A DNA stretch of 64,000 nucleotides from an uncultured Deinococcaceae bacterium (GCA_964252075.1 CAXULY010000007.1:131372-195371); one strand, 5' to 3'; counted from the stretch's first letter, positions 52,562 through 63,182 are shown. Numbers and translations: made by a program. Notes: generated by a model not told the origin, from the sequence alone.

Positions 52562-54565
52562 TTGACGGCGCTCCTGATTCTGATCGGGCTCTTCGTGGTG
52601 AGCCTGATCATCGGCCTGCGCCTGCCCGAGCGCGTGCAGGCGATGCTCACCGCGCTGCTGGGCCTGGGCCTGGCGTGCGGCATCGCCGCGTTCTCCGGGC
52701 TGGGCCGCGCGCAGGGCGCGCTGGTGGCGGTCCTGGCGCTCGCGGGCGGCGCGCTCATTGCGTCGGTCGTGATGCGGCTGCGCCCGGTGCGGCCCGTGCG
52801 CGTGCAGCGCACCGCGCCCGTGCAGCCCACCGTGTCGCGCGGCCCGAAAACCACCGAGATTCACTTCGCGGATTACGAGGTGCTCGACCGCGTCGGTATT
52901 GGCGGGATGGGCAGCGTGTTCCGCGCGCGGCGCCAGAGTGACGGGCGCATGGTGGCCCTGAAAGTCCCGCAGGAGAAGTACCTCGCGGACGCGAAGTTCG
53001 TGAAGCGCTTCTACCGCGAGGCGGAAGTCCTCAAGCGCTTCAATCACCCGAACGTCGTACGCGTGTACGACTACAAGGCGGACGGCACCGAGCACTACAT
53101 CGCGATGGAGTACCTGGACGGCGAGAGCCTGGAAGCCATCCTGGAGAAACGCCAGCTGAACTTCTCGGAGTGCGCGCAGATCGTGCGCGCACTCGCGGAC
53201 GCGCTGCGCCACATCCACGCGCAGAACATCGTGCACCGCGACATCAAGCCCGCGAACGTGATGGTGCTGCGCGGCGCCTTCGAGAACGGACAGTTGCGCG
53301 AGGGCGGCGTGAAGCTCATGGACTTCGGCATTGCGGTCGGGAAGGTGCTGACGCGCCTCACCATGACGGGCGCGCGCGTCGGCACGCCCATCTACATGGC
53401 GCCCGAGCAGGCCAAGGGGAACCGCGTGGACGCCCGCAGCGACGTGTACAGCCTGGGCCTGCTGTTCTACGAGCTGGTGACGGGCCAGACGGCCTTCAAG
53501 GGCAGTTACGAGGCGGTCGTGCACCAGCAGGTGTTCGAGGCGCCCCGCCCCCCCAAGCAACTGCGCATGGAAGTGCCGGGCCGCATGAGCGACCTGATCC
53601 TGCACATGATCGAGAAGGACCCCGGCGCGCGCCCCAGCCTGGATGACGTGGTGGAGCGCCTCGACGAGGGCGTGCTGACCGAGGAGGTCTTCAACGACCC
53701 GCAGGCCATCGCGGTGAGCGTCGTGGAGCGCCGCGGCACCCTGCGGCTGCTGGACCTGCAGGGGCGGCTGCGCGTGAGCCTCGCGGACCAGGGCGTGAGC
53801 GGCCTGCCCGTGGCGCCCAGCGCCCTCACGTGCGACGAGCAGGGCTACGTGTACGCCGCCGTCGCGGAGTACCGCGCGAGCGGTCCGCCCGCGCAGATGA
53901 TCCGCAAGTTCGACGACCGCGGCCGGGAACTCCTGAGCTTCGGGCGCTACGGCCTGGGCGAGGAGGAACTGCTGCAGCCCGTGAGCCTCGCCGTGAGCGG
54001 CGACCGCGTGTACGTGCTGGACGCGGAGACCAGCCACGTGGTGGTCTTCAACACCAGCGGGAAGTTCCTGCAGCGCTTCGGCGGGCGGGGCAGCGGGCGT
54101 GGGCGCTTCGAGAAGCCCGCCACCATCGCCTGCGATCCCGGTGGGGATGTGTTCGTGCTGGACACCGCGGGCCATGAGGTGCAGCGCTTCAACGCGGACG
54201 GCAGTTACCTCTCGCGCTTCGCCTTTCGCAAGGACCGCCAGAGTGAGGACCTGCGCCCCCTGGACGGCCTCGGCGTGGACGGCAGCGGCGCGGTGTTCAT
54301 CGCGGACTCCCAGGCGCAGAAGATCCGGCGCATCGAGCCGAACGGGCAGCAGAGCGTCGCGTACAGCGTGGAGGGCCTCATCGGCGAGAGCACCACAGGC
54401 GTGTGGCTGCTGCTGAGTGACGACAGCGGGCACCTGTACGCCGCGCGGCAGGGCGGCCAGGTGCTGCGCAAGTACAACGCGAACGGCGAACTGATCGCCA
54501 CCATCGACACCTACGCGCCCATCCAGGCGGCCGCCATGCTGCGCCGCTCGAAGGTCCTCGCGTAA
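52562..54565 (+). CDS. Hanks-type Ser/Thr protein kinase with N-terminal 3-TM anchor and C-terminal NHL-repeat beta-propeller
   Basis: GIGGMGSVFRA...ALK (subdomain I/II), HRDIKPANV (VIb), DFG, APE. Repeated YVLD/VFVLD/VFIAD NHL-like blades. TTG start uncertain. Confidence 0.85.
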   Translation: MTALLILIGLFVVSLIIGLRLPERVQAMLTALLGLGLACGIAAFSGLGRAQGALVAVLALAGGALIASVVMRLRPVRPVRVQRTAPVQPTVSRGPKTTEIHFADYEVLDRVGIGGMGSVFRARRQSDGRMVALKVPQEKYLADAKFVKRFYREAEVLKRFNHPNVVRVYDYKADGTEHYIAMEYLDGESLEAILEKRQLNFSECAQIVRALADALRHIHAQNIVHRDIKPANVMVLRGAFENGQLREGGVKLMDFGIAVGKVLTRLTMTGARVGTPIYMAPEQAKGNRVDARSDVYSLGLLFYELVTGQTAFKGSYEAVVHQQVFEAPRPPKQLRMEVPGRMSDLILHMIEKDPGARPSLDDVVERLDEGVLTEEVFNDPQAIAVSVVERRGTLRLLDLQGRLRVSLADQGVSGLPVAPSALTCDEQGYVYAAVAEYRASGPPAQMIRKFDDRGRELLSFGRYGLGEEELLQPVSLAVSGDRVYVLDAETSHVVVFNTSGKFLQRFGGRGSGRGRFEKPATIACDPGGDVFVLDTAGHEVQRFNADGSYLSRFAFRKDRQSEDLRPLDGLGVDGSGAVFIADSQAQKIRRIEPNGQQSVAYSVEGLIGESTTGVWLLLSDDSGHLYAARQGGQVLRKYNANGELIATIDTYAPIQAAAMLRRSKVLA

Positions 54566-54583
54566 GGCGCCCCCAGGCAAAAA

Positions 54584-54613
54584 GGAGGGCGGGGCGGCGC
54601 CGCCCCGCCCTCC
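54584..54613. terminator. bidirectional intrinsic terminator GGAGGGCGGGGCGG-cgc-CCGCCCCGCCCTCC between the kinase and ohr
   Basis: Perfect 14-bp stem with A-run 5' and T-rich 3'. Confidence 0.65.
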
Positions 54614-54621
54614 TCTCTTGG

Positions 54622-55053
54622 TCAGTCCAGCACGTTGAGACGCACGTCCACGTTTCCGTGCGTGGCGCGGCTGTACGGGCACACCTCGTGCGCGGCCTTC
54701 ACGAGCGCTTCGGCCTGCGCGCGGTCCACGCCGGGAATCCGCACGTCCAGCTGCACGTCCAAGGCGAAACCCAGGCCGTCGCGGCGCAACCCCACCTCGG
54801 CGGTCACTTCGGAGCCGCTGGCGTCCACCTTCTGGCGGCGTGAGACGACCTCCAGGGCGCCCTGGAAGCACGCGGCGTAGCCCGCCGCGAACATCTGCTC
54901 GGGGTTGGTGCCCTGTCCGCCGTCGCCGCCGATCTCGGAGGGCACGCTGAGGTCCACCTTGAGTCGCCCGTCGCTGCTCTCAACGTGACCACCTCGGCCT
55001 CCGTGGGCGGTGGCCTGGGCGGTGTACATGTTCTTGTTCTGGGTGTCGGTCAT
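54622..55053 (-). CDS. ohr: OsmC/Ohr family organic-hydroperoxide resistance protein
   Basis: 143 aa with the two conserved Cys (AAGYAACF...HEVCPYS). Confidence 0.85.
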   Translation of the reverse strand: MTDTQNKNMYTAQATAHGGRGGHVESSDGRLKVDLSVPSEIGGDGGQGTNPEQMFAAGYAACFQGALEVVSRRQKVDASGSEVTAEVGLRRDGLGFALDVQLDVRIPGVDRAQAEALVKAAHEVCPYSRATHGNVDVRLNVLD

Positions 55054-55156
55054 GACTAGCCTCCGCCGCGAATCATGCGCCGCGCCCACGCCCGTGAAGG
55101 TCACGCCCCGTACATTTTTGAACCCGGTTCAAGACCCTCTGAGGAACCATGCACCC

Positions 55157-55432
55157 TCACTTCCGGAGGGCCGTCCGGGGCGCCTTGATGCAGCGGAAGT
55201 CCTCCCCCACCCGCAGGACCAGCGGGGACCGCAGGCGCACGACGCGCGCATCGAAGCACGTGGGGATCGGCGCGGGCCGCGCCGTCCCCACGATGGACGG
55301 GCGCGCGAGCAGAGACGCGGCAGGCGCCTTCCCGGGGGCGACGTCGCTTGGCGCGGACGCCGCCAGGGAGCCCACCATGGCCAGCAGGGACGCGAGGGAA
55401 CCAGCGAGGGGGCGAGTTCGTGATGTGGGCAT
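55157..55432 (-). CDS. small secreted hypothetical protein
   Basis: 91 aa. Signal peptide (LAGSLASLLAMVGSLAASA). GGAGG RBS. Confidence 0.4.
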   Translation of the reverse strand: MPTSRTRPLAGSLASLLAMVGSLAASAPSDVAPGKAPAASLLARPSIVGTARPAPIPTCFDARVVRLRSPLVLRVGEDFRCIKAPRTALRK

Positions 55433-55496
55433 GGGCGTTCCTCCCTGATTTTGGGTGAGGCGAAGGGGGCGGCCCAGCACGCACGCCCCTTTCACT

Positions 55497-56810
55497 TCAG
55501 TCGTCGCCGGGCAGCGGCATGACGCCCGAGCCGCTCACGCCCGTACCGTTCAGACCCACGCGGCGGTCCTGCAGCAGGGAGAGCAGGTTCACGCCTGTCG
55601 CGGTCTCCACCTGCTCCACGAGGCTCACGATGTTCGCAGGCAGGGAACCCATCACGCCGCGCTGGGCGTTGCCGCTGCCGGAATCCACCACGGTGATCTT
55701 GTCAATGCTCATGCCGCGCACGCTCTGCGCGAACTCACTCACAATGCCGGGCAGCATGTTCAGCACGTACGCGCGCTCCCCGTCCGGCCCGGCGGCCTTG
55801 AAGGCGTCCACCATCAGGCGGACCGCCTCGGCCTTCGCGCGCCCGTCCTCGATGATGGGCGCGGCAGCGGCCTGCGCGGCCAGCACGTCCGCCTCGCGCT
55901 TGGCGCGTGCGGGCGCCACCACGTCCGCCTCGAAGCGCTTCTGGTTCAGGATGATGCGTTCCGCTTCGAGCGCCTGCTCGGCCTGCACCTTCGCGCGCTC
56001 ACCCGCCACGGTCGCCTCGTTCTCCCGCGCGAGCGCCACGGCGTTCAGTTCGGCGGTCCGCACGCGCAGCTTGTTCTGCTCCTCCAGGATCGCCTGCTGC
56101 GCGCTCGCCACCGCGACCTGCGCGCGCTGCTTGGCGCGCGCCTCCGCCTCGTTCGCCTCGGCGTCCCGCTCCGCTTCCGCGACGCGCGCGTCTTTCAGGA
56201 CGTCCGCCGTGCGCTTGCGCCCGATGGAGCCCAGGTACCCGGCCTTGTCCGCGACGTTCTGGATCTTGAGGGTGTCCATGCGGATGCCGAGCGCGTTCAT
56301 GTCGTGCTCCGCCTCCTCGATGAGCGCCTCCGCGAACCGCAGGCGGTCCTCGTTGATCTCCTCGGGCGTGAGGGTGGCGACCACGCCGCGCAGGTTGCCT
56401 TCCAGGGTGTCGCGCGCGATGGTGGTGAGCTGCGCGCGCGGCACCTCCAGGAAGCGCTCGATGGCGTTCGACAGGAGCGGCTCGGACGCGTTGATCTTCA
56501 CGTTCGCGACGGCGTGGATGGTGAGCGGGATGCCGCCCTTCGAGTACGCGTTCTCAATCGTGAGGTCCAGCGGGATGGTGGTGAGGTCCATCCACGCGAC
56601 CTTCTCCAGAATGGGAATGCGGAAGGCCCGCCCGCCGCGGATCACGCGGTACCCCACGCGGTCCCCTTCCGGCGTGTGGCGCGTGCGGCCCGAGATGACC
56701 AGCACCTTGTTGGGCGGCACGATGATCAGGAAATTCTGGATGACCAGAATGACGAGCACGAGGCCCACAACGATGATGCCCGCCAGCACGGCGACGTTCA
56801 CGAAATCCAC
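55497..56810 (-). CDS. SPFH/Band-7 flotillin-like protein (YqiK/FloA-type)
   Basis: N-terminal TM, SPFH domain, long EA-rich coiled coil. Confidence 0.85.
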   Translation of the reverse strand: MDFVNVAVLAGIIVVGLVLVILVIQNFLIIVPPNKVLVISGRTRHTPEGDRVGYRVIRGGRAFRIPILEKVAWMDLTTIPLDLTIENAYSKGGIPLTIHAVANVKINASEPLLSNAIERFLEVPRAQLTTIARDTLEGNLRGVVATLTPEEINEDRLRFAEALIEEAEHDMNALGIRMDTLKIQNVADKAGYLGSIGRKRTADVLKDARVAEAERDAEANEAEARAKQRAQVAVASAQQAILEEQNKLRVRTAELNAVALARENEATVAGERAKVQAEQALEAERIILNQKRFEADVVAPARAKREADVLAAQAAAAPIIEDGRAKAEAVRLMVDAFKAAGPDGERAYVLNMLPGIVSEFAQSVRGMSIDKITVVDSGSGNAQRGVMGSLPANIVSLVEQVETATGVNLLSLLQDRRVGLNGTGVSGSGVMPLPGDD

Positions 56811-56813
56811 GTT

Positions 56814-57311
56814 TTATCTCCCCTCCCAGCGGCGCACCTGAAGTTCGCCGCCACGTTCGGCAATCACGATGACCTGCTCGCCCACCCCGAGGCCCTCCGG
56901 GCTCGTCGCGAGGAACACGCTGCTCTGCCCCGTCACGGTAAGTTCCACCTTCCCGGCGCGGGGCGGCGTGATGGGCAGCAGCACGCGGCCCGTGCGGCCC
57001 ACCAGGCGGCCCGCCTCGGTGTTCGCTTCGGAGCCGCGGGCCACGCGGTTCAGCCACGCCGCGAAAAGCCCCACCGCGAGGCCCGCCACCAGCGCGAAGC
57101 CGAACCGCATCCCGCCCGTGAGGCCCAGCGGTCCCGCCACGACGCCCGCCAGGCCGAAGAACGTCAGGAAGAACACCAGCGCGCGCAGCGAGAGCCAGCC
57201 CGCCACGTCGCCTGCCTCCGGGTGACCGGCGGTGAAGTCGTGGTCGTGGCCGCCCAGCAGCGACACCAGCACCAGCACGCCGCCGACCAGCAAGCACAGC
57301 ACGTACAGCAT
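56814..57311 (-). CDS. NfeD-like membrane protein (flotillin partner, YqiJ-type)
   Basis: Polytopic N-terminus plus C-terminal OB-like soluble domain. 3-nt gap to the downstream flotillin gene. Confidence 0.7.
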   Translation of the reverse strand: MLYVLCLLVGGVLVLVSLLGGHDHDFTAGHPEAGDVAGWLSLRALVFFLTFFGLAGVVAGPLGLTGGMRFGFALVAGLAVGLFAAWLNRVARGSEANTEAGRLVGRTGRVLLPITPPRAGKVELTVTGQSSVFLATSPEGLGVGEQVIVIAERGGELQVRRWEGR

Positions 57312-57441
57312 GATTGCCTCCCTCACCTCAAGGTACGCGCTGGAACGGGACGGGGTTGCCGGGCCTCCCCCACCCGCGCACCGATCACCCGGGCCGCACC
57401 GGGGCTGCGCGTCCTGGCACGCCGCGCATTAGCATGACGGC

Positions 57442-57855
57442 ATGAGCACCCGCACCTCCTGGGCGCTCGCGCTGGCCCTGCTGGGCGGCGCGCTCGCCAC
57501 CGACACCGCCCCCGCCCCGTGGTCCACGCAGGGCCGGCAGGTGGAGCGCAGCAGCACCTCCCGCACCGACATCAGCGTGCACTTCACGCTGCTGCCCGGC
57601 GAGGACCCCCTGCGCGCCACCGTGGAGTGCCTGAAGGCCACGCGCGCCGCGTACAGCGCCACCACCTGGGTGGACTGCATGGCCTTCACCCCGGAGGGCT
57701 ACGCGGCCCTCAGCGGCAAGATCCGCCCGTGCTACAGCGTGATTGCGCGCTGGTTCAGGGACGAGGGCGGCCTGATCCGCCTGTACTTCGCGCAGGACGA
57801 CCGCGAGTACCCCCGCCGGTGCCCGGAGGGCAGCCGCGCCGACGGAAGTCCGTGA
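57442..57855 (+). CDS. hypothetical secreted protein
   Basis: Signal peptide MSTRTSWALALALLGGALA. 137 aa. Confidence 0.5.
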   Translation: MSTRTSWALALALLGGALATDTAPAPWSTQGRQVERSSTSRTDISVHFTLLPGEDPLRATVECLKATRAAYSATTWVDCMAFTPEGYAALSGKIRPCYSVIARWFRDEGGLIRLYFAQDDREYPRRCPEGSRADGSP

Positions 57856-57874
57856 CCGGCACGGGGGCGTCCGG

Positions 57875-58534
57875 TCACGGCATGAGGCGCGCGGCGCGCC
57901 AGCCTTCGCCCGCGCGCTCGTACCGGAAGCGGTCGTGCGTGCGGCTCTCGCGGCCCTGCCAGAACTCCCACGCGGCGGGCACCACCCGATAGCCGCCCCA
58001 GAAGTCCGGGCGCGGCACCTCCGTGCCCTCCGGGTAGCGCTCGTGCACGGCCTGCAGCTTCGCGTCGAGCGCCTCGCGGTTCTCGATCTCGCCGCTCTGC
58101 GGGGTGCTGGCGTGCGCCGCGAGCTGACTCTCGCGCGGGCGGGAGTGGAAGTACCGGTCGGACTCCTCGGCGCTCACGCGCTCCACGCGGCCCTCCACGC
58201 GCACCTGCCGTTCCAGCTGCGGCCAGTAGAACAGCAGCGCGGCGCGCGACACCGCCTGTATGTCGTGGCCCTTGCGGCTCTCGTAATTGGTGTAGAAGGT
58301 CAGGCCGCGCGCGTCGAAGCCGCGCAGCAGCACCACCCGCGCGCCCGGCTGGCCCGCCGCGTCCACCGTGGCGACCGTCACGGCGTACGGCTCCGGGAGC
58401 GCGGCGTCCAGCGCCTCCTGCAGCCACGCGCGGAACTGCTCCAGGGGGTCCTCGTGCAGGTCGGCGCGGCGCAGTTCGCCCCGGCGGTACTCCTTGCGCA
58501 TGCCGGCAATGTCCTTCGCGGCGTGGTCGGTCAT
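57875..58534 (-). CDS. pdxH: pyridoxamine 5'-phosphate oxidase
   Basis: [10 protein letters not shown]...[10 protein letters not shown]...WGGY motifs. Confidence 0.9.
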   Translation of the reverse strand: MTDHAAKDIAGMRKEYRRGELRRADLHEDPLEQFRAWLQEALDAALPEPYAVTVATVDAAGQPGARVVLLRGFDARGLTFYTNYESRKGHDIQAVSRAALLFYWPQLERQVRVEGRVERVSAEESDRYFHSRPRESQLAAHASTPQSGEIENREALDAKLQAVHERYPEGTEVPRPDFWGGYRVVPAAWEFWQGRESRTHDRFRYERAGEGWRAARLMP

Positions 58535-59349
58535 GGGCGCTCCTTGAGGGTCTGGCAGTGCGGGCAGAAGTGCGTGCCGCGCTGCCCCACCACGGTCTTC
58601 ACGATGGTCGTCCCGCAGCGCGGGCAGGGCTCGCCCGCGCGGTCGTACACGTTGTGCCGCAGCCGGAACCCGCCCGGCTCGCCGTCCGGCTGCGCGTAAC
58701 TGCCGTCACTGAGGGTGCTGCCGCCCACCTCGACCGCCTCAGTCATCACCTCGCGGATCGCGGCGTGCAGGCGCCGCGCCTCAGCGGGCTTCAGCCGCGT
58801 CTGCAGGGGGTGCAGCTTCGCGCGCCACAGGCTCTCGTCGGCGTAGATGTTCCCCACGCCCGCCACGGGCACCTGCGACAGCAGCCAGGGCTTCACGGCG
58901 GGCGCGCGCGCGGCGAGCTTCACGAAGGTCGCCTCGTCGAAATCGTCGCTGAGCGGCTCAGGCCCCATGCCCGCCAGCGTCGGGTACGCGCGGTACTCGC
59001 CGGGCGTCACGACCGCCCACTTCCCGAAGCGGCGCGGGTCCTGGAAGTACAGCTCGCCCGCGTCCGTGGTGAGCGTCACGCGGTTGTGCGTGCCGGGCGT
59101 GAAGCGAAAGCCGCCCGTCATGCCCAGGTGCACGATGAGTTCCAGGTCGTCCACGTCCGCCTCGCCCGCCGCGAGGCGCGCGATGATGTACTTCCCGCGG
59201 CGCGTGAGGGCCGTCACGGTGCGGCCCTGGGCGAGGTGCGTGTCGCGGTACTTGTGCGGCGCGTCGTGCTCGATCCGCACGATGGTCCGGCCCACGAGGT
59301 GCGGTTCGAGCTTGCGCCGGGTGGTTTCCACTTCCGGCAGTTCAGGCAC
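58531..59349 (-). CDS. mutM: formamidopyrimidine-DNA glycosylase
   Basis: N-terminal (V)PELPEVE with catalytic Pro2. H2TH and C-terminal zinc finger [29 protein letters not shown] overlap with pdxH. Confidence 0.9.
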   Translation of the reverse strand: MPELPEVETTRRKLEPHLVGRTIVRIEHDAPHKYRDTHLAQGRTVTALTRRGKYIIARLAAGEADVDDLELIVHLGMTGGFRFTPGTHNRVTLTTDAGELYFQDPRRFGKWAVVTPGEYRAYPTLAGMGPEPLSDDFDEATFVKLAARAPAVKPWLLSQVPVAGVGNIYADESLWRAKLHPLQTRLKPAEARRLHAAIREVMTEAVEVGGSTLSDGSYAQPDGEPGGFRLRHNVYDRAGEPCPRCGTTIVKTVVGQRGTHFCPHCQTLKERP

Positions 59350-59392
59350 GAGGCGCAGTCTAGAACGCCCGGCGCGGCGGTACAGTGACCTG

Positions 59393-60019
59393 ATGAAAAC
59401 CATCCTGCTGACCGGCTTCGAGGCTTTCGGCGGCGACCGCACGAACCCCAGCCAGGTGGCCGCGGGCGCCCTGGACGGCCTGAGCGGCGAGGGGTTCCGG
59501 GTGCGCTCGGCCCTGCTGCCCGTGGACGCCGCGCGCGCGCCCGGTGTGCTGCGCGACCTGCTGACCGAGGTGCGCCCGGACGCGGCCCTCCTGACGGGCC
59601 TCGCCTCGGGCCGCCCGCAACTCAGCGTGGAGCGCGTCGCGGTGAACGTACAGGACTTCCGCCTGCCGGACAATGCGGGCGTCACGCGCCACGGCGAGCC
59701 CGTCGTGCCGGGCGGCCCGGACGCGTACCTCAGCACGCTGTCGCTGGGCGCGATTCTGGAGGCGTGGCGCGCCGCGAAGCTGCCAGGCGTCGTGAGCGAC
59801 ACGGCGGGCCTGTACCTGTGCAACCTCGCCTTCTACGTGGCGCGCCACGCGCTCGGCCCGCAGGTGCCGTGCGGCTTCCTGCACCTGCCCGCCAGCGCTG
59901 AAGTGGCCCTCGACGCCCGCCAGCCCATCCCGTACCTCCCGCAGGCGGAAATCACGCGCGGCATTCAGGTGACGCTGGACGCCATCGCGCGCGCGCTGAT
60001 GGGGCCGTCCCCGGCATGA
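59393..60019 (+). CDS. pcp: pyrrolidone-carboxylate (pyroglutamyl) peptidase I
   Basis: MKTILLTGFEAFGG...catalytic Cys (GLYLCN) and His. Confidence 0.9.
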   Translation: MKTILLTGFEAFGGDRTNPSQVAAGALDGLSGEGFRVRSALLPVDAARAPGVLRDLLTEVRPDAALLTGLASGRPQLSVERVAVNVQDFRLPDNAGVTRHGEPVVPGGPDAYLSTLSLGAILEAWRAAKLPGVVSDTAGLYLCNLAFYVARHALGPQVPCGFLHLPASAEVALDARQPIPYLPQAEITRGIQVTLDAIARALMGPSPA

Positions 60020-60546
60020 GTGAACGCGTGACCTTCCACAGCGTGGCGCTGGCGGCCCTGTGCCTGCCCCTGCTGCTCGTCGGCTGCGCCACCACGGACG
60101 CCGGGGTGAAGGAGCCCTCCCGGTGCGACGCGACGTACCGCGCGCCGGACGCGGCGGCCCTGCTGCGCGCCCTGGGTGCCGCCGAGGCCCGCTGGAGCGC
60201 CGCGGGCCTTCACAGTTACCAGTACGACCTCACCGTGAGCGCGTTCCTGGCGCCGGACATCAGTTCGGACGTCCGGTACGTGATCCGGGATGACCAGACG
60301 GTAAGTGTGACCGCGAACGACTCGCGTGACGCCTCACGGTACAGCCGGAACGGCACGATGGAGGGCCGCTTCGCCGCGATCCACGCGACCCTGCAGGGGA
60401 CCTTCAGGGCGGACGTGTGCCAGTACTTCCGGGTGCAGCACGACCCGGCGGACGGGCACGTGACGCAGGTGGAATCCGGGTACGGTGAGCGCTACGTGTC
60501 GGATACGCAGGTCACAGAGCGCATCACGCACTTCGCCCGCCTGTAG
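60016..60546 (+). CDS. hypothetical lipoprotein
   Basis: Lipobox LLLVGC after signal peptide. ATGA overlap with pcp. Confidence 0.55.
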   Translation: MSERVTFHSVALAALCLPLLLVGCATTDAGVKEPSRCDATYRAPDAAALLRALGAAEARWSAAGLHSYQYDLTVSAFLAPDISSDVRYVIRDDQTVSVTANDSRDASRYSRNGTMEGRFAAIHATLQGTFRADVCQYFRVQHDPADGHVTQVESGYGERYVSDTQVTERITHFARL

Positions 60547-60786
60547 TCACGGGAAGCGCGCCTTGCCGGGCTGCCAGCCCCCGGCCGGGCCGCCCGCCCA
60601 GTGCCACGCGCCGGGCGGGCGGAGGTCCAGGCAGCGCGTGACCTGATCCAGCGGCACGCGGCGTGCGAAGCGCGTGCGGGCGTGCCACTCAATCAGCGCC
60701 GCCTCCCGGTCGGTGGGGCGCAGGCCGCGCAGCGCGGCGTCCGCGCGGTTCACGGCGAGGTCGAAGAGGGCGTCCGGCGCGGTCAC
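60547..60786 (-). CDS. small hypothetical protein (79 aa)
   Basis: ORF 10 nt downstream of the 60796..61188 gene. GTG start. Weak support. Confidence 0.25.
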   Translation of the reverse strand: MTAPDALFDLAVNRADAALRGLRPTDREAALIEWHARTRFARRVPLDQVTRCLDLRPPGAWHWAGGPAGGWQPGKARFP

Positions 60787-60795
60787 AGGGCAGCC

Positions 60796-61188
60796 TTAAG
60801 GGGTGAGGCGGTACGTGTCGCCGTCGCGCCGCAGGCGGCCCTCGGCGAGCAGGCGGTCCAGCACGGGTCGCGCCTGCTCGGGCGTGAGGGGGGAGCCGCG
60901 CGTGAGGTCGTCGAGGGTGAAGCGCCCGCCGCGCCGGTGCGCGAGGCGCAGCACCATGCGTTCCTGCGCGTCGTCCCTGGGGGCGCTCGCTTGCCGCTGC
61001 CCGAAGGCGCGCCACACCAGCACGCCCACCACCAGCCCGACCAGCAGTTCCAGCGGAATCAGGCGCGCGGCGAGCGCGGGGTCACCGACTTTCGGGTGCG
61101 GGTTGCCGTGCGTGAACGCGGCGCCGTACAGGATGAGGGCCGTGCCCAGCCCGGCGATGAAGGCGATGATCGGCCGCAGGGGGCTCAT
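60796..61188 (-). CDS. hypothetical membrane-anchored protein with C-terminal winged-helix-like domain
   Basis: Two TM segments then soluble domain. Leaderless ATG preceded by TAGACT. Confidence 0.5.
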   Translation of the reverse strand: MSPLRPIIAFIAGLGTALILYGAAFTHGNPHPKVGDPALAARLIPLELLVGLVVGVLVWRAFGQRQASAPRDDAQERMVLRLAHRRGGRFTLDDLTRGSPLTPEQARPVLDRLLAEGRLRRDGDTYRLTP

Positions 61189-61302
61189 GCGGGCAGTCTA
61201 GAGCGGCGCGGCGTCCCGGGGGTGCACCAGCGAGCGCGCCCCCAATAGGTTTCTTGAGAATCACGGGGTGCGGGCGGGGTTCCGCCCGCACCCCTGCGCG
61301 TT

Positions 61303-61914
61303 TCAGCCGTCCAGCAGCTCGTGGTGCACGCGGCAGCGCGCCTCGTAGCTCTCGGCGGCGCCCACCAGCACGACGGGGTCGCTCGCGCGCGCGGGCCGCC
61401 CCCCGATGAGGCGCTGCGTGCGGGTGGCGGGCGCGCCGCACACCACGCAGATGGCGGTGAGCTTCTCGACGCTCTCGGCGCGCGCGAGGAGGTCCGGGAT
61501 AAGCCCGAAGGGTTCGCCGCGGAAATCCAGGTCGAGGCCCGCGAGGATCACGCGCACGCCCTGCGCCGCGAGGTCCAGCGCGAGCGGCACGAGGCCCGCG
61601 TCGAAGAACTGCGCCTCGTCGAAACCCACCACCTCGGGCAGGGCGGGCGCGGCGGCGAGGAGGCTGCCCTCGCCCGCGAGTCGGGCGCGCGCGGCGTCGG
61701 TGTTCGGCACGGCGACCGCCTCCGTCTGGCGGCCGCTGTGGCTCGCGACGAAGTCCGCGTGGTAGCGGTCGTCGATGGCGGGCTTGAAGACCGCGACGCG
61801 CTGGCGCGCGATGACGGCGCGCGTGACGCGGCGGATGAGTTCCTCGCTCTTGCCGGAGAACATCGGGCCGACGATAACCTCCAGGTGACCGCCGTGGTAG
61901 GGAGAACGCAGCAT
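61303..61914 (-). CDS. tdk: thymidine kinase
   Basis: GPMFSGKSEEL P-loop and C-terminal zinc ribbon. Confidence 0.9.
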   Translation of the reverse strand: MLRSPYHGGHLEVIVGPMFSGKSEELIRRVTRAVIARQRVAVFKPAIDDRYHADFVASHSGRQTEAVAVPNTDAARARLAGEGSLLAAAPALPEVVGFDEAQFFDAGLVPLALDLAAQGVRVILAGLDLDFRGEPFGLIPDLLARAESVEKLTAICVVCGAPATRTQRLIGGRPARASDPVVLVGAAESYEARCRVHHELLDG

Positions 61915-62164
61915 GGACGCCCGGCATTCTAGACCGGCGCCGCGCAGGGGCGGTCGTCCCGCGCCGCCATTCATGACCGGGTGTTAATGTGGAGGGCGGT
62001 GCTCCCGCAGGGGGCTTCCCACCGCGTCCAGTGAGGCGCCCTGTCCCGCCAGACAGCCTGCCCTGTGAGGCAGCAACGGAGAGAAGTGAAGTGCAGCCAC
62101 GCCCCCATACCGCCAGCGCGGGCCCTTTCCTGGGCCGCGCCTTGTGACCATTTCAGGAGCCGCC

Positions 62165-62914
<750 letters not shown>

Positions 62915-62918
62915 CCCC

Positions 62919-63182
62919 ATGCCGTTCAAAGCCAGAGTGTTCGTGACCCTCAAGCCCAGCATCCTCGACCCGCAGGGGCGCACCGTGGAGCGCGCCCTGT
63001 CGCACCTGGGGCACGCGGCGGTGCAGGGCGTGCGGGTGGGCAAGTACATCGAGCTGACCGTGGAGGGGGACCGCGCGTCCGCCGAGGCGCAGGTGCAGGA
63101 CATCGCGGTGAGCGTGCTGTCCAACCCCGTGATGGAGGACGTGCGCTGGGAGCTGGAAGAGCTGCAGGCGGTGCCTTCTTGA
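62919..63182 (+). CDS. purS: phosphoribosylformylglycinamidine synthase subunit PurS
   Basis: 87-aa PurS fold sequence. Confidence 0.85.
   Translation: MPFKARVFVTLKPSILDPQGRTVERALSHLGHAAVQGVRVGKYIELTVEGDRASAEAQVQDIAVSVLSNPVMEDVRWELEELQAVPS

Noticed and set aside
52385-54871. 828-aa minus-strand ORF
   Set aside because: Antisense to the Ser/Thr kinase.
61957-62150. ZTP (pfl) or purine riboswitch upstream of purC
   Set aside because: Could not find the conserved GGGUCGUGAC...CCGCCUGGGCA or purine-aptamer cores by eye.
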